A program made the position numbers and the translations under genes. A DNA stretch of 64,000 bases from Deltaproteobacteria bacterium (GTDB lineage: Bacteria > Myxococcota > Kuafuiibacteriia > Kuafuiibacteriales > Kuafuiibacteriaceae), in NCBI GenBank assembly GCA_040218735.1, contig JAVJQW010000041.1, positions 128,001 to 192,000 of the forward strand, written 5' to 3'. Under the pieces are notes generated by a model. The model was not told the origin of the DNA and did no database searches. It was given only the letters and a program-made list of their open reading frames with translations. Below are positions 20,086 to 31,171 of the stretch, in pieces (the stretch's first letter is position 1; every line of letters starts with the position of its first letter).

Positions 20086-21561
20086 ATGCATCCTTCCGAC
20101 GAGCCGCCGCCCCACGTCTACGATGAAGGCCCGCCCCCCGGACTGGACATGGGCCCCGAGGATCCGCGCGGGCCTCCGCGCGGCGGTGGGTCCAAGGGGC
20201 GCAAGGGTGGAGGGCCGCCGGCGCGCGGACCGATGGGGCGCGTCCCGCCGCAGGACCTCGACGCCGAGCGCGCCGTGCTCGGGTCGGTGCTGCTGACCAA
20301 CGACTCGATCAACGTCGCGGTCGAGCTGCTCGGGCCGGACGACTTCTATCGACCGGGCCACCGCATGGTCTACGCGGCGATGACGGAGCTGTCGCAGAAG
20401 GGCGAGCCCGTCGATGCGGTGACGTTGTCGTCGCACCTCAAGGCGCGCGATGAGCTGGACTCGGCCGGCGGCATCGAAGGGATCATCGCGCTCGCGGAGA
20501 CCGTCGCGACGGCGGCGAACATCAAGTACTACGCCGAGATCGTCAAAAAGAAGTCGACGCTGCGGAAGCTGATCGAGGCGGCGACGCAGATCGTCGCGGA
20601 GGCGTACGACACGTCGGACCCGGACGGCGCGGTCGACGAAGCCGAGCGCCAGATCTTCGAGATCGCGAAGACGAAGTCGAAGGGCGGCATCACGCCGGTC
20701 TCCGAGATCGTCGTCGACGCGTTCCAGATGATCGAGAAGCGCGCGGACCAGCGTCAGGCGGTCACGGGCGTGCACACCGGCATCACGGACCTCGACCACA
20801 AGACGGCGGGGCTGCAGCCCTCGGACCTCATCATCGTGGCCGGTCGCCCCTCGATGGGTAAGACGGCCTTCTCGATCGGTATGGGGCTGCACGCCGCGGT
20901 CAACACCGGCAAGGCGCTCGCGATCTTCTCGCTGGAGATGTCGAAGGAGTCCCTCGTCATGCGTATGTTGTGCAGCGAGGGGCGCGTCGACTCGGCGCGT
21001 CTGCGTGGTGGCTTCCTGAACGAGGAGGACTGGCCGCGGCTCGGGCGCGCGGCGGGGCGGATCTCGGAGGCGCCGATCTACATCGACGACACCGGTGCGA
21101 TCTCCGTGCTCGAGGTGCGCGCGAAGTGTCGGCGGTTGGCGTCGGAGCACGGACTCGACGTCATCATCATCGACTACCTCCAGCTGATGCGCGGGAGCCC
21201 GAACTCCCAGAGCCGCGAGCAGGAGATCTCGGAGATCTCGCGTGGCCTCAAGGCGCTCGCGAAGGAGCTGAACGTCCCGGTGGTCGCGCTGTCGCAGCTG
21301 AACCGCGGCGTCGAGCAGCGCGTCGACAAGCGGCCTGGCCTGTCGGACCTTCGTGAGTCCGGCGCGATCGAGCAGGACGCGGACGTGATCATGTTCGTGT
21401 ACCGCGACGAGGTCTACAACCCGGAGACCGAGGACCGCGGCATCTCGGAGATCATCGTCGGTAAGCAGCGCAACGGTCCGATCGGGACCGTGCGCTGCCG
21501 CTTCTTCCACGAGTTCACGCGCTTCGACAATCTGACCGAGGAAGACCGCGCGGCGCCGTGA
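20086..21561 (+). CDS. dnaB: Replicative DNA helicase
   Basis: [13 protein letters not shown]; AGRPSMGKT; IDYLQL; [14 protein letters not shown]; KQRNGP. No intein. Confidence 0.97.
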   Translation: MHPSDEPPPHVYDEGPPPGLDMGPEDPRGPPRGGGSKGRKGGGPPARGPMGRVPPQDLDAERAVLGSVLLTNDSINVAVELLGPDDFYRPGHRMVYAAMTELSQKGEPVDAVTLSSHLKARDELDSAGGIEGIIALAETVATAANIKYYAEIVKKKSTLRKLIEAATQIVAEAYDTSDPDGAVDEAERQIFEIAKTKSKGGITPVSEIVVDAFQMIEKRADQRQAVTGVHTGITDLDHKTAGLQPSDLIIVAGRPSMGKTAFSIGMGLHAAVNTGKALAIFSLEMSKESLVMRMLCSEGRVDSARLRGGFLNEEDWPRLGRAAGRISEAPIYIDDTGAISVLEVRAKCRRLASEHGLDVIIIDYLQLMRGSPNSQSREQEISEISRGLKALAKELNVPVVALSQLNRGVEQRVDKRPGLSDLRESGAIEQDADVIMFVYRDEVYNPETEDRGISEIIVGKQRNGPIGTVRCRFFHEFTRFDNLTEEDRAAP

Positions 21562-21818
21562 GCGACGACGGCCTCGAGTGGTACGTCTACCTGCTGGAGT
21601 GCGCGGACGCGACGCTGTACTGCGGCGTCGCGAAGGACGTGGACCGTCGGATCGGTGAGCACAACGCGGGCAAGGGCGCCAAGTACACGCGCGGCCGTGC
21701 GCCGGTGAAGCTCGTCGCGAGCGCCGGTCCGATGCGCTGGGGGGACGCGCTGCGGATGGAGCGCGCGGTCAAGAAGTTGGACCGGCAAGACAAGGCGGCG
21801 GCGTTCGAAACGGGGTGA
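21558..21818 (+). CDS. GIY-YIG nuclease family protein (UPF0213/YhbQ-like)
   Basis: [15 protein letters not shown]...[16 protein letters not shown]. Confidence 0.9.
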   Translation: MSDDGLEWYVYLLECADATLYCGVAKDVDRRIGEHNAGKGAKYTRGRAPVKLVASAGPMRWGDALRMERAVKKLDRQDKAAAFETG

Positions 21819-21880
21819 GGGGCCGGACTTGGTCGGGCATTTGACGCGGTACCCCCATCCGGCGATCGTCGTCCGCGCCG

Positions 21881-23539
21881 ATGGCGTTCACCGTCCAATC
21901 GCGGCTGGGGAGGGGGCGCTCGGTCGAGACGTTCGCGGCGGTCCTGGAGATCGGCGGCGAGCGGCTGGACGTCGTCGTGAAGCGGGCGCGCCCCGAGTTC
22001 AAGAGCAACGACGCGTTCGAGCGAGCGCTCGAACAGTGGGGCAACACACAGAAGGACGCCGACCACGAGCACCTCGTCGCGGTCCTCGAAGCCGGGCGCA
22101 CGCCGGAGGGTGTGTACGTCATCCAGGAGAAGGTCGACGGCGCGGCGCTCGTGACGCTCCTGTCGATGTTGCGTCGTCGCAAGCGTACGTTGAAGCCGGA
22201 GTTTGCGCTGGTGGTCGCCGAGCAGGTCGCGTCGGCGCTCGCGTACCTGCACACGCAGGTCGGGACGGCGCACGGCGGGATCGATCCGGGGGAGGTGCTG
22301 CTCGGTTACGACGGCACCGTGAAGCTCGGGGACCAGAAGCTCCGCGAGCTCGACCAACACATCGGCAAGGACCTCCTCGAGGCCGACGATCGCACCGACT
22401 ACCTCTCACCCGAGCGGCAGCGCGGGGACCCGCCGTCCAAGAAGAGTGACCTGTACGCGTTCGCGCTGCTCGTGCTGGAGATGTTGATCGGACACCCGGT
22501 GTGGACCGCGGAGTCGATGACGGTCGACGGCACGCTGAACGCGCTGCGTGACTTCTCACCCGTCGGCCAGGCGAAGCCGGAGCTGACGAAGGCGCTCGTC
22601 GAAGTGATCGGCGGCTGTCTCGCGGAGCTCCCGGCGAAGCGCCCGATCTCCGCGCTCCCCGTCGCGGGCGCGATCGCGGACCTCAACGAACGCTACGGCA
22701 TCTCCGCGTCCGACGCGGGGCTCGGTAAGTTCGTCGAAGCGCTCGTGCCGCCGCCGGACGCCGAGGAGGCGCCGACGCAGATGGTCGACGCCGCGTTTGC
22801 GGCGGAGCTGGAGAAGAAACGCGACGAGCAGTTCGAAGGTGCATCCGTCGCGATCGACCCGGAGATCGAGCGGCAAGCTGGCTTGCCGAAGCGCGCGACG
22901 CCGCTACTGGGGCAGACCGTGGAGTTGGACCGCCTCGGTGGGCGAGGGGACACCGCGATCCCATCCCCCGCCGCGCCGAAGCCGGCGGAAGCGGCGCCGA
23001 AGTCGCTGCACGCCTTGGCGGCGGACAAGAAGCCGCCGTCCGCCCCGGCTCCAAAACCTGCGCCGGCCCCGAAGCCTGCACCTGCTCCCAAGCCGGCGCC
23101 CGCCCCGAGGCCTGCGCCGAAGGCTGCGGCCGCTCCGATGGCGCCGTCGCGCAAACGCGAGGTGTCGGTGCCGCAAGTGCACCGCGTCGCCGCGAAGGCG
23201 TCGTCGGAGCGCGACGAGGATCAGAAGAAGGTCCTGCAGATCGTCGGCGCGGTGATCGCGGTGGTGCTCGTCGCGATCGTCGCGATCGCCGCGCTGTCCG
23301 GGGAGGAGCGTACGATTCGTCTTCGTGCGACGTCGGCGCCGCCGGGCGCGGAGGTCTACGAGGAAGAGGCGAACCGCCTCTTGGGGCGGACGCCCGTGGA
23401 GACGGACGTGGTGATCGACGGGGAGCTCATGAAGCTGCGCTTCGAGCTGGAGGGCTACCAGGTCCACCGCGTGACGATCGGGAGCGAGAGCGGTGAGGTT
23501 CGCTACGAAGCGAAGATGACATCGGTCGGGACGCCGTGA
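21881..23539 (+). CDS. Ser/Thr kinase-like pseudokinase with Pro-rich linker, TM and PEGA-like domain
   Basis: Kinase scaffold (LGRG, VVVKR, YLSPE, SDLYAF) with HRD changed to HGG and DFG to DQK; (PAPAPK)n linker; S.PPGAEV...LGRTP PEGA-like domain. Confidence 0.85.
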   Translation: MAFTVQSRLGRGRSVETFAAVLEIGGERLDVVVKRARPEFKSNDAFERALEQWGNTQKDADHEHLVAVLEAGRTPEGVYVIQEKVDGAALVTLLSMLRRRKRTLKPEFALVVAEQVASALAYLHTQVGTAHGGIDPGEVLLGYDGTVKLGDQKLRELDQHIGKDLLEADDRTDYLSPERQRGDPPSKKSDLYAFALLVLEMLIGHPVWTAESMTVDGTLNALRDFSPVGQAKPELTKALVEVIGGCLAELPAKRPISALPVAGAIADLNERYGISASDAGLGKFVEALVPPPDAEEAPTQMVDAAFAAELEKKRDEQFEGASVAIDPEIERQAGLPKRATPLLGQTVELDRLGGRGDTAIPSPAAPKPAEAAPKSLHALAADKKPPSAPAPKPAPAPKPAPAPKPAPAPRPAPKAAAAPMAPSRKREVSVPQVHRVAAKASSERDEDQKKVLQIVGAVIAVVLVAIVAIAALSGEERTIRLRATSAPPGAEVYEEEANRLLGRTPVETDVVIDGELMKLRFELEGYQVHRVTIGSESGEVRYEAKMTSVGTP

Positions 23540-24744
23540 AGATCTATCGCGTCGCCACCGGGCGCACGATCGCGCCGTTCGGTGACCTCGCGCGTGACCT
23601 GTTCATCGGCACGCAGACCCTCGCGGCGTGGCACGAGGCTGCGGCGCAGGCGACGGGCCTCGAGCTGGTGGACGTCGACGACTGGTCCGAGGTCGTCGCG
23701 CCCGCGTACGCGTTCGCGGACGACGTGTGGTTCACGGAGATGGTGCTGAGGCACTTCGTCGCGGACACGATGAAGGCGAAGACTTCGTCGCGCCTCGCGC
23801 TCGACAAGTCCCTCGTCACCGAGCTGTGCGAGCCGCTCCAGGACGCACACGTCGACGGTGATCGTGTCGGCTTCGACGTGTTCTTCTGTGCGGCGGATCC
23901 GGAACAGCTCGAAGGTGCGCCGATGCACGTGGTGAAGGCGCGCGAGATGAAGTCCGAGATTCGGCTCCCGCCGTCCGCGATCGCGGGCGAGGGACGGAGC
24001 CGCGATCGCGCGGTGCCGCTCACCGCGCGTGTCGTCGCCAACGTTCGGCACTGGATCCACCTGCTGAAGCTGTCGCAGCTGTCGATCGGCGTCTCGATCA
24101 TCGATGCGCTTCGGCGGGAGCCGCGGCTGATGCTGAAGCTGCGCCTGATGCGGAACAAAGATCCGTGGGAGCTCGGTCCGCACTTGCGGTTCGTGCACCC
24201 GACGGCGCGCGTGCATCCGACGGCGCACATCGAGTCGTCGGTCGTCGGGCCGAACGTGGTGATCGAGGCGCACGCGCACGTGCACCGATCGGTGATCGGC
24301 GCGAACGTCCGGCTCGGCGATCACGCGGCGGTCATGGGCTGCACACTCGCGGACGGCGTTCAGGTGCTGCGCGGATCGTACCTCGCGCACTGTGTGTCGA
24401 TGCCGGACGCGACGCTCGCGAGCTACAAGGTGCAGCTGTCGCTGTTCGGGCGGGAGGTGTTCCTGACCTCGTCGGCCTGGTTGATCGACGCGAAGCTGGT
24501 CGGGGAGGTCGCCGTGAAGTCCGACGCCGGATTGGTCCCCGTGGGGCCGTTCTTGGGGTGCTGCCTCGGTCACCGGGTAACCCTGGGCGCGCAAGTCGCG
24601 ATTCAGGCGGGGCGTGCGGTTCCGAACGGCTTGACCATCGTGGGTCCGCCGGAGCATTTCCTCTCCCATGTCGAGGCACTGCCGGAGGGAACGGTTCTCG
24701 CAGTGCGAGGCGGTCGTGCAGAGCCGATCGGCGGGGGCGGATAG
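23536..24744 (+). CDS. Left-handed beta-helix (hexapeptide repeat) protein, transferase-like
   Basis: VHPTARVHPTAHIESSVVGPNVVIEAHAHVHRSVIGANVRLG; coupled to the pseudokinase (GTGA overlap). Confidence 0.8.
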   Translation: MKIYRVATGRTIAPFGDLARDLFIGTQTLAAWHEAAAQATGLELVDVDDWSEVVAPAYAFADDVWFTEMVLRHFVADTMKAKTSSRLALDKSLVTELCEPLQDAHVDGDRVGFDVFFCAADPEQLEGAPMHVVKAREMKSEIRLPPSAIAGEGRSRDRAVPLTARVVANVRHWIHLLKLSQLSIGVSIIDALRREPRLMLKLRLMRNKDPWELGPHLRFVHPTARVHPTAHIESSVVGPNVVIEAHAHVHRSVIGANVRLGDHAAVMGCTLADGVQVLRGSYLAHCVSMPDATLASYKVQLSLFGREVFLTSSAWLIDAKLVGEVAVKSDAGLVPVGPFLGCCLGHRVTLGAQVAIQAGRAVPNGLTIVGPPEHFLSHVEALPEGTVLAVRGGRAEPIGGGG

Positions 24745-24780
24745 GGGCCCCTCCGGGGCACGGAGCGGGGACGGGTTCCC

Positions 24781-24814
24781 CATCGGATCTTCGTCCGATC
24801 TCCCAGATCCGATG
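24781..24814. promoter_or_regulatory. Inverted repeat upstream of the large lipoprotein gene
   Basis: CATCGGATCT-N14-AGATCCGATG, perfect 10-bp arms. Confidence 0.45.
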
Positions 24815-24859
24815 AAGTACAATCATCCCTGCCGGGGCGGGGGCTTAGGAAGTGACGAC

Positions 24860-27226
24860 ATGACTCCAGTACGAAGGGCGGCCGCACGGGCGCCCCGGAT
24901 CCTCGCGGTCGCCATGGTGCCGGTGATGCTGGGCCTGGCCGCGTGCTCGGGTGAGGAAGGCCTCGTCGTCATCCGCCCCGAGATTCAGACGAACCCGGAA
25001 CCCGGGTCGATCATTCGCTTCGACGAGGTGGTCGTTGGTGGGCCGGAGGGCGAGCCGCGGATCATCGAGGTGACGAACGTCGGTGAAGGTCCGCTCGTCA
25101 TCGAGAGCGCGACGATCGAGGGCGCGAACGCGGAGCTGTTCCGGGTGTCGAGCACGCCCGGACCCCTCGCTCCGAATCAGACGGGAGAGATCTTCATTCG
25201 ATTCAGCCAAGCCGATCCCGGCGAGTTCGAAGCGCGCCTGACGGTGCGGTCGAACGATCCGAACAACGCGAGCCTCGACTTCACGCTCGTGGGACCGGCG
25301 CGTGAGTCGTGTGCGATCGCGGTGTCGCCCGGCTCGCAGAAGTTCCTCCTCGGCGAGGTCCGCGACATCACCATCACGGCGGTGACGACCTACGAGTGTG
25401 AGATCGTCCGCTTGTTCACCGACGAGTCGTTGTTCGAGATCGTCGATGCGCCCGAGCTGCCGTTCGACATCGCGGCGGGCGGCTCGCAGACCATCCAGGT
25501 GCGGTACATCCGCGTCCCGCGCACGCAGGGCATCCCGGTGCGTGAGTTCCGCGTGAAGGAGAGCGAGGGGCAGGAGGTCCTGGTGACGCTCGAGGGCGAG
25601 CCGCCGGTGCAGGACTGTTTCTCGGTGTTCCCGGACCAGATCATCTTCCCGAACACGATCGTCGGGCTGCAGGAGACGCGCTTCGTCACGGTGCGGAACC
25701 GCTGTGGCCGCGAGGCGTCGATCACCGCCGTCACGATCGGTGATGGCTACTACTTCTACGACGTCGACGGTGACGCGTACCCGCAGGTCGTCCCGCCGCT
25801 CGGGACGACGCAGATCGCCGTCACGTACACGCCGTTCTCGCCAAGCGGTGACTCCGGCAACCTGTACATCTCGACGAACGACGCGCTGAACCCGCGCTTC
25901 ACGGTGCGGCTGTACGGTGAGGCGTCCATCCCGGGCATCGATGCGTTCCCCCAGACGGTCAACTTCGGGACGGTGGTCTACAAGAACCCGCAGGGGGCGG
26001 AGATGCGGAGTGAGTGTGCGTCGCGCTCGTTGTTCGTGCAGGTCTACAGCACGGGCGGTGCGCCGCTGACCGTCGACCAGCTCGAGATCGATTCGGACGG
26101 CGACCAGCTGTTCATCGTCACCGGTGTGACGATCGACGGGGTGCCGGTGGTCGACATCAACCAGCCGATGGTGGTGCCGCCCGAGAAGGAGATGCGCGTC
26201 TCGGTGCAGTTCTTCCCGGTGCGATCGATGCCGACGGATCACCAGGGCACGTTGATCATCCACCACAACGCCGACCAGACGGGGAGCGCGACCACGGAGA
26301 TCACCTTGGTCGGTACGGGTAAGGAGGACGGCCTCGTCACGGACACGTTCGAGCAGCTCGAAGGTCCGAAGGTCGACATCCTCTGGGTCATCGACGACAG
26401 CTGCTCGATGTACGACGAGCAGGCGCGGCTGATTCAGAACCTCTCGCAGTTCGTGAGCTACGCGGACACGCAGGCGGCCGACTATCAGATGGCGGTGACG
26501 GACACGGACGGGCAGTCGCGCAACGCAGGGAAGTTCGAGCGCTGCTTTCCGCACCCGGCGGTGATCGGGTCGGACTACCTGGACAGCGCGGCGCGTCAGG
26601 AGGCGTTCGAGTGCACGTTCGACGTCGGGACCTCGGGTGTCGGCATCGAGGCGGGGCTCGCGGCGGCGAAGAAGGCGCTGGAGAAGGCGCAGGACCCGCT
26701 GCTGTCGCCGAACGTGAACCGCGGGTTCCTTCGCGACGACGCCAACCTCGCCATCGTCGTGATGAGTGACGAGGACGACCAGTCGCTCGAGTCGAACGAT
26801 GTGCTGCGCGACTACTTCTGGTCGGTGAAGGGCTACCAGCGCGACCGTGTCTCGCTGCACGCGATCGCCGGGCCCGTGACGGAGGCCTGCCAGACGGGGC
26901 CGTTCAACGCGGTGCCGGGCGTGCGTTACTCGCGTATGGCGATGGACCTCGGCGGCATCTTCTTCAACATCTGCCTGCAGGACTGGCAGCCGGTGCTCAC
27001 GCAGCTCGGGCTCGACGTCTTCGTGCCGCTCGACGAGTGGACGTTGTCGCAGGCGGCCGACCCGAACAGCATGGTCGTGACGGTGGACGGCATCGCGGTG
27101 CCGTTCGACCCCAACGACGGTTACACCTACGACCCGGTCCTCAACACGATCAAGTTCCACGGCGCGGCGCTTCCGGTGCCTGGTGCGCAGATCGTCGCTT
27201 CGTACACCGGCCTCTGCCGTCCCTGA
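24860..27226 (+). CDS. Large lipoprotein: several choice-of-anchor D/Ig domains + vWA domain (CglD-like)
   Basis: Lipobox LAAC; repeated N.G..PL.I / SNDP motifs; PKVDILWVIDDSCSM...FLRDDANLAIVVMSDEDDQS. Confidence 0.85.
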   Translation: MTPVRRAAARAPRILAVAMVPVMLGLAACSGEEGLVVIRPEIQTNPEPGSIIRFDEVVVGGPEGEPRIIEVTNVGEGPLVIESATIEGANAELFRVSSTPGPLAPNQTGEIFIRFSQADPGEFEARLTVRSNDPNNASLDFTLVGPARESCAIAVSPGSQKFLLGEVRDITITAVTTYECEIVRLFTDESLFEIVDAPELPFDIAAGGSQTIQVRYIRVPRTQGIPVREFRVKESEGQEVLVTLEGEPPVQDCFSVFPDQIIFPNTIVGLQETRFVTVRNRCGREASITAVTIGDGYYFYDVDGDAYPQVVPPLGTTQIAVTYTPFSPSGDSGNLYISTNDALNPRFTVRLYGEASIPGIDAFPQTVNFGTVVYKNPQGAEMRSECASRSLFVQVYSTGGAPLTVDQLEIDSDGDQLFIVTGVTIDGVPVVDINQPMVVPPEKEMRVSVQFFPVRSMPTDHQGTLIIHHNADQTGSATTEITLVGTGKEDGLVTDTFEQLEGPKVDILWVIDDSCSMYDEQARLIQNLSQFVSYADTQAADYQMAVTDTDGQSRNAGKFERCFPHPAVIGSDYLDSAARQEAFECTFDVGTSGVGIEAGLAAAKKALEKAQDPLLSPNVNRGFLRDDANLAIVVMSDEDDQSLESNDVLRDYFWSVKGYQRDRVSLHAIAGPVTEACQTGPFNAVPGVRYSRMAMDLGGIFFNICLQDWQPVLTQLGLDVFVPLDEWTLSQAADPNSMVVTVDGIAVPFDPNDGYTYDPVLNTIKFHGAALPVPGAQIVASYTGLCRP

Positions 27227-27241
27227 TATATCCTTCGGCCG

Positions 27242-28480
27242 ATGCCGAAGGCCCATGTCCTCGCGATCGGTGACGAGCTCCTCTCCGGGGAGACCGTCGA
27301 CACCAACTCGAGTTACCTCGACGGTTTGCTGGAGCGAATCGGGTGGACGGTCACGCGTCACCTGACGGTCGCCGACGATCTCGACGCGATCGCCGCGGCG
27401 TTCACCGAGGCGAGCAAGGACGCGGATCTGATCCTCTCCACGGGCGGCCTCGGTCCGACGCGCGACGATCTCACGCTGGAGGGGCTCGCGATGGCGCTCG
27501 GGTGTGGCCTGCGACGCGACGAAGGGGTCATCGAATCGATCCGCGCGCGCTTCGCTTCCTTCGGGCGCGAGATGACGCCGAACAACGAGCGCCAGGCGAT
27601 GGTGCCGGAGATCGGCGAGGTGCTCGAGAACGAGGTGGGGACGGCGCCGTCCTTCACGGCGGAGCTCAACGGGGCGCGTGTGTTCCTGATGCCGGGGGTG
27701 CCGCGTGAGGTGCGTTGGTTGATGGAGCACCGCGTGTTGCCGAGGATCCGGCCGGGCGATGTGTTTCGGCTGCGGCGCACGATCAAGGTGGTGGGCCTCG
27801 GGGAGAGTCGGTTGGAGCACTCGATCCGGGAGATCGTCCTCGCGCACCGGCGCGACGTGACGTTCGGTTTTCGAACGCTCGGTCTGGAGAACCACATCAA
27901 GCTCCTCGCGGAGGGTGACGACCGCGAGGAGAAGCTGGGGCTGGCGCAAGCTGCGTTGACAGAGCTCCTCGGCGATCGAATCTACGGCGTCGACGAGGAC
28001 ATGCACGCCGAGGTGACGATGCGTGCGCTCGTCGCCGCGGGGGCGACGGTGGCGTTCGCGGAGTCGTGCACGGGCGGGCTCGTGGCGAAGCTGCTGACGG
28101 ACGTGCCGGGATCGTCGGCGTGTTTCCTCGGCGGGGTGGTCGCCTACGCAAACGCGGCGAAGGTCGCGCTGCTCGGGGTGTCGGAGGCGACGATCGCGGA
28201 GCACGGTGCGGTGAGCGAGGCGGTCGCGGCCGAGATGGCGGCGGGGGCGCGGGAGCGCTTCACCTCGACGTGGGCGGTGTCGACGACGGGCATCGCGGGG
28301 CCGACGGGCGGGACCGAGTCCAAGCCGGTCGGGACGGTGTGTCTGGGGATCGCGGGGCCGGAAGGCGTCGAGGCGAAGACGCTGCGGTTCCCGGGCGAGC
28401 GCACGTGGGTGCGCACGGCGACCGCGACGGCGGCGTTGGATGTGTTGCGGACGCGGGTCGGCGGCGTGCTTTTGGCTTAG
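27242..28480 (+). CDS. cinA: Competence/damage-inducible protein CinA (MoCF-binding domain + NMN deamidase)
   Basis: IGDELLSG...DTNS; TGGLGPT.DD.T; AESCTGG; TGIAGPTGG...KPVGTV. Confidence 0.95.
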   Translation: MPKAHVLAIGDELLSGETVDTNSSYLDGLLERIGWTVTRHLTVADDLDAIAAAFTEASKDADLILSTGGLGPTRDDLTLEGLAMALGCGLRRDEGVIESIRARFASFGREMTPNNERQAMVPEIGEVLENEVGTAPSFTAELNGARVFLMPGVPREVRWLMEHRVLPRIRPGDVFRLRRTIKVVGLGESRLEHSIREIVLAHRRDVTFGFRTLGLENHIKLLAEGDDREEKLGLAQAALTELLGDRIYGVDEDMHAEVTMRALVAAGATVAFAESCTGGLVAKLLTDVPGSSACFLGGVVAYANAAKVALLGVSEATIAEHGAVSEAVAAEMAAGARERFTSTWAVSTTGIAGPTGGTESKPVGTVCLGIAGPEGVEAKTLRFPGERTWVRTATATAALDVLRTRVGGVLLA

Positions 28481-28485
28481 ACGTA

Positions 28486-28544
28486 GGAGCGTGTGTCGGA
28501 TAGCCGGACCTGGGCACTCCCCCCGGCGATCTGACACACGCTCC
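28486..28544. repeat. 59-bp hairpin element with 16-bp terminal IRs between convergent genes (IS-end/MITE remnant or bidirectional terminator)
   Basis: GGAGCGTGTGTCGGAT...ATCTGACACACGCTCC (1 mismatch) with an inner GCCGG/CCGGC stem. Confidence 0.6.
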
Positions 28545-28548
28545 GAGA

Positions 28549-29049
28549 TTAGAGCTCGGGGATGCGGAGCGACTGGCCCGGGTAGATGAGATCCGGGCTC
28601 TTCAGCATCGGCTTGTTGGCTTCGAAGATGGCGTTGTACTTCATCTTGTCGCCGTAGTGCTTCTCGGCGATCTTGCTCAATGTGTCGCCCTTCTCCACGA
28701 CGTGGAAGACGGGGCGCACCTCGATCTGATCGTCGACGCGGCCGACGCCCTGCGAGTTGCCGATGGCGAGGATGACCTTCTCGCGCTCCGACTGTGAGCG
28801 GGTCGTGCCGCGGACGGTGGCGAGGTCGTGGTCGAACTGGATGTCGAGCTCTTCGATCTTCAACTCCAGCCCCTGGACGATGCCGACGAGCGCTTCGGCG
28901 ATGGCCTTGTCACGCGCTTCCTTGGCGATGCGGGCGGCCTCGGCGCCTGCGGCCTGGGCGGCGGCGGCCTCTTCGGCGGCCTTCTTCTCTGCTTCGTCGT
29001 CCCCAAAGAGCTTGGTGCCGACGTCCTTCACGAAATCGAAAATTCCCAT
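28549..29049 (-). CDS. kbp: BON + LysM protein (Kbp/YgaU-like)
   Basis: MGIFDFVKDVGTKLF; EKVILAIGN..GV..VDD; HVVEKGDTLSKIA..HYG...Y..IFEANKPML..PDLIYPGQ.LRIP. Confidence 0.9.
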   Translation of the reverse strand: MGIFDFVKDVGTKLFGDDEAEKKAAEEAAAAQAAGAEAARIAKEARDKAIAEALVGIVQGLELKIEELDIQFDHDLATVRGTTRSQSEREKVILAIGNSQGVGRVDDQIEVRPVFHVVEKGDTLSKIAEKHYGDKMKYNAIFEANKPMLKSPDLIYPGQSLRIPEL

Positions 29050-29164
29050 GGTGCAGCACTGCTCCCAGGGATCGGGGTGCCGCGCAAGGGCGGCGCCGTC
29101 GTGAAACCCGGTGCACATCATGTGGGGGGCTTCGAGAAATCGACCCGCTACATGTCGATCCATC

Positions 29165-29193
29165 TTGACGGGTGTACTGAACGCCTGTAGCGT
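29165..29193 (+). promoter_or_regulatory. recA sigma70 promoter overlapped by putative LexA boxes
   Basis: TTGACG-N17-TAGCGT; contains TGAC-N4-GTAC and CTGAAC-N4-GTAG. Confidence 0.55.
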
Positions 29194-29204
29194 CCGACGC
29201 CACG

Positions 29205-30311
<1,107 letters not shown>

Positions 30312-30317
30312 TCCCCG

Positions 30318-31067
30318 GTGACGCGGACCTTCCATCTCGGCCAGCAGGACGCGATCAGCTGGCTGAGGACGATCGGTTCGGGGACCGTGGACCTCGTGAT
30401 CACGGACCCGCCGTACGAGTCCCTCGAGAAACACCGCGCTCGGGGGACGACCACCCGCCTCAAGAACAGCAAGGCGTCGAGCAACGACTGGTTCTCGATC
30501 TTCCCGAACCAACGTTTCCCGGAGCTGTTCGCCGAGCTGTACCGCGTGCTCGCGAAGAACGCGCACCTGTATTTGTTCTGCGACCAGGAGACGATGTTCG
30601 CCGTGAAGGCGATGGGGGAGCTCGCCGGGTTCAAGTTCTGGAAGCCGCTGGTGTGGCGCAAGGACTCGATCGGGATGGGCTACCACTACCGGTCGCTCTA
30701 CGAGCTCGTGCTGTTCTTCGAGAAGGGGAAGCGCCGCCTCAACGATCTCGGGATCGCGGACGTGCTCGACGCGCCGCGGGTGCGCAGCGGCTACCCGGCG
30801 GAGAAGCCGGTGTCGCTGCTCGAGATCTTCGTGCGCCAGAGCAGCGAGCCGGGTGAGGTGGTGCTGGATCCGTTCATGGGATCCGGGACGAGTGGCCTCG
30901 CCGCGCTCGGGCAGGACCGGCACTTCTGGGGCACGGACCTGTGCAGCGAAGCGGTCGACATCACGCAGCAGCGCATGCTCCAGGCGCACGGCGTCCCGCA
31001 GGCCTTGGCGCCCGCCGAGGACGCGCCGACCACCGCCGGTGGCCAGCTCTCGATAGGGCTCTACTGA
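30318..31067 (+). CDS. Orphan DNA amino-methyltransferase (N4-C/N6-A, beta class)
   Basis: Motif IV TDPPY near the N-terminus, YPAEKP, then motif [11 protein letters not shown]. Confidence 0.9.
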   Translation: MTRTFHLGQQDAISWLRTIGSGTVDLVITDPPYESLEKHRARGTTTRLKNSKASSNDWFSIFPNQRFPELFAELYRVLAKNAHLYLFCDQETMFAVKAMGELAGFKFWKPLVWRKDSIGMGYHYRSLYELVLFFEKGKRRLNDLGIADVLDAPRVRSGYPAEKPVSLLEIFVRQSSEPGEVVLDPFMGSGTSGLAALGQDRHFWGTDLCSEAVDITQQRMLQAHGVPQALAPAEDAPTTAGGQLSIGLY

Positions 31068-31127
31068 TCTCAGTGATCGTTTGGGACGGTTTCGCTTGAC
31101 GGGGACCCGTCCGCGCGCCATGAATTA

Positions 31128-31153
31128 GACCAGTGGTCGAACCGCCGGTTCGA
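31128..31153. promoter_or_regulatory. Tandem palindromic operators for the adjacent TetR
   Basis: GACCA-G-TGGTC (31128-31138) and TCGAACCG-C-CGGTTCGA (31137-31153), downstream of TTGACG at 31096. Confidence 0.65.
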
Positions 31154-31171
31154 CCGAAGGCCTCCCGGACG

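Noticed and set aside
21558-21818. GIY-YIG protein as a homing endonuclease or restriction partner of the methyltransferase
   Set aside because: It is the stand-alone ~90-aa UPF0213 type with no DNA-recognition domain, and lies 8.5 kb from the MTase.
24845-28537. Very long antisense ORFs (also 18706..21510, 42921..46244, 55947..59174, 39198..41489, 5342..7318)
   Set aside because: They mirror well-supported genes on the opposite strand, are Arg/His/Val-rich without motifs, and are expected from high GC3 codon bias.
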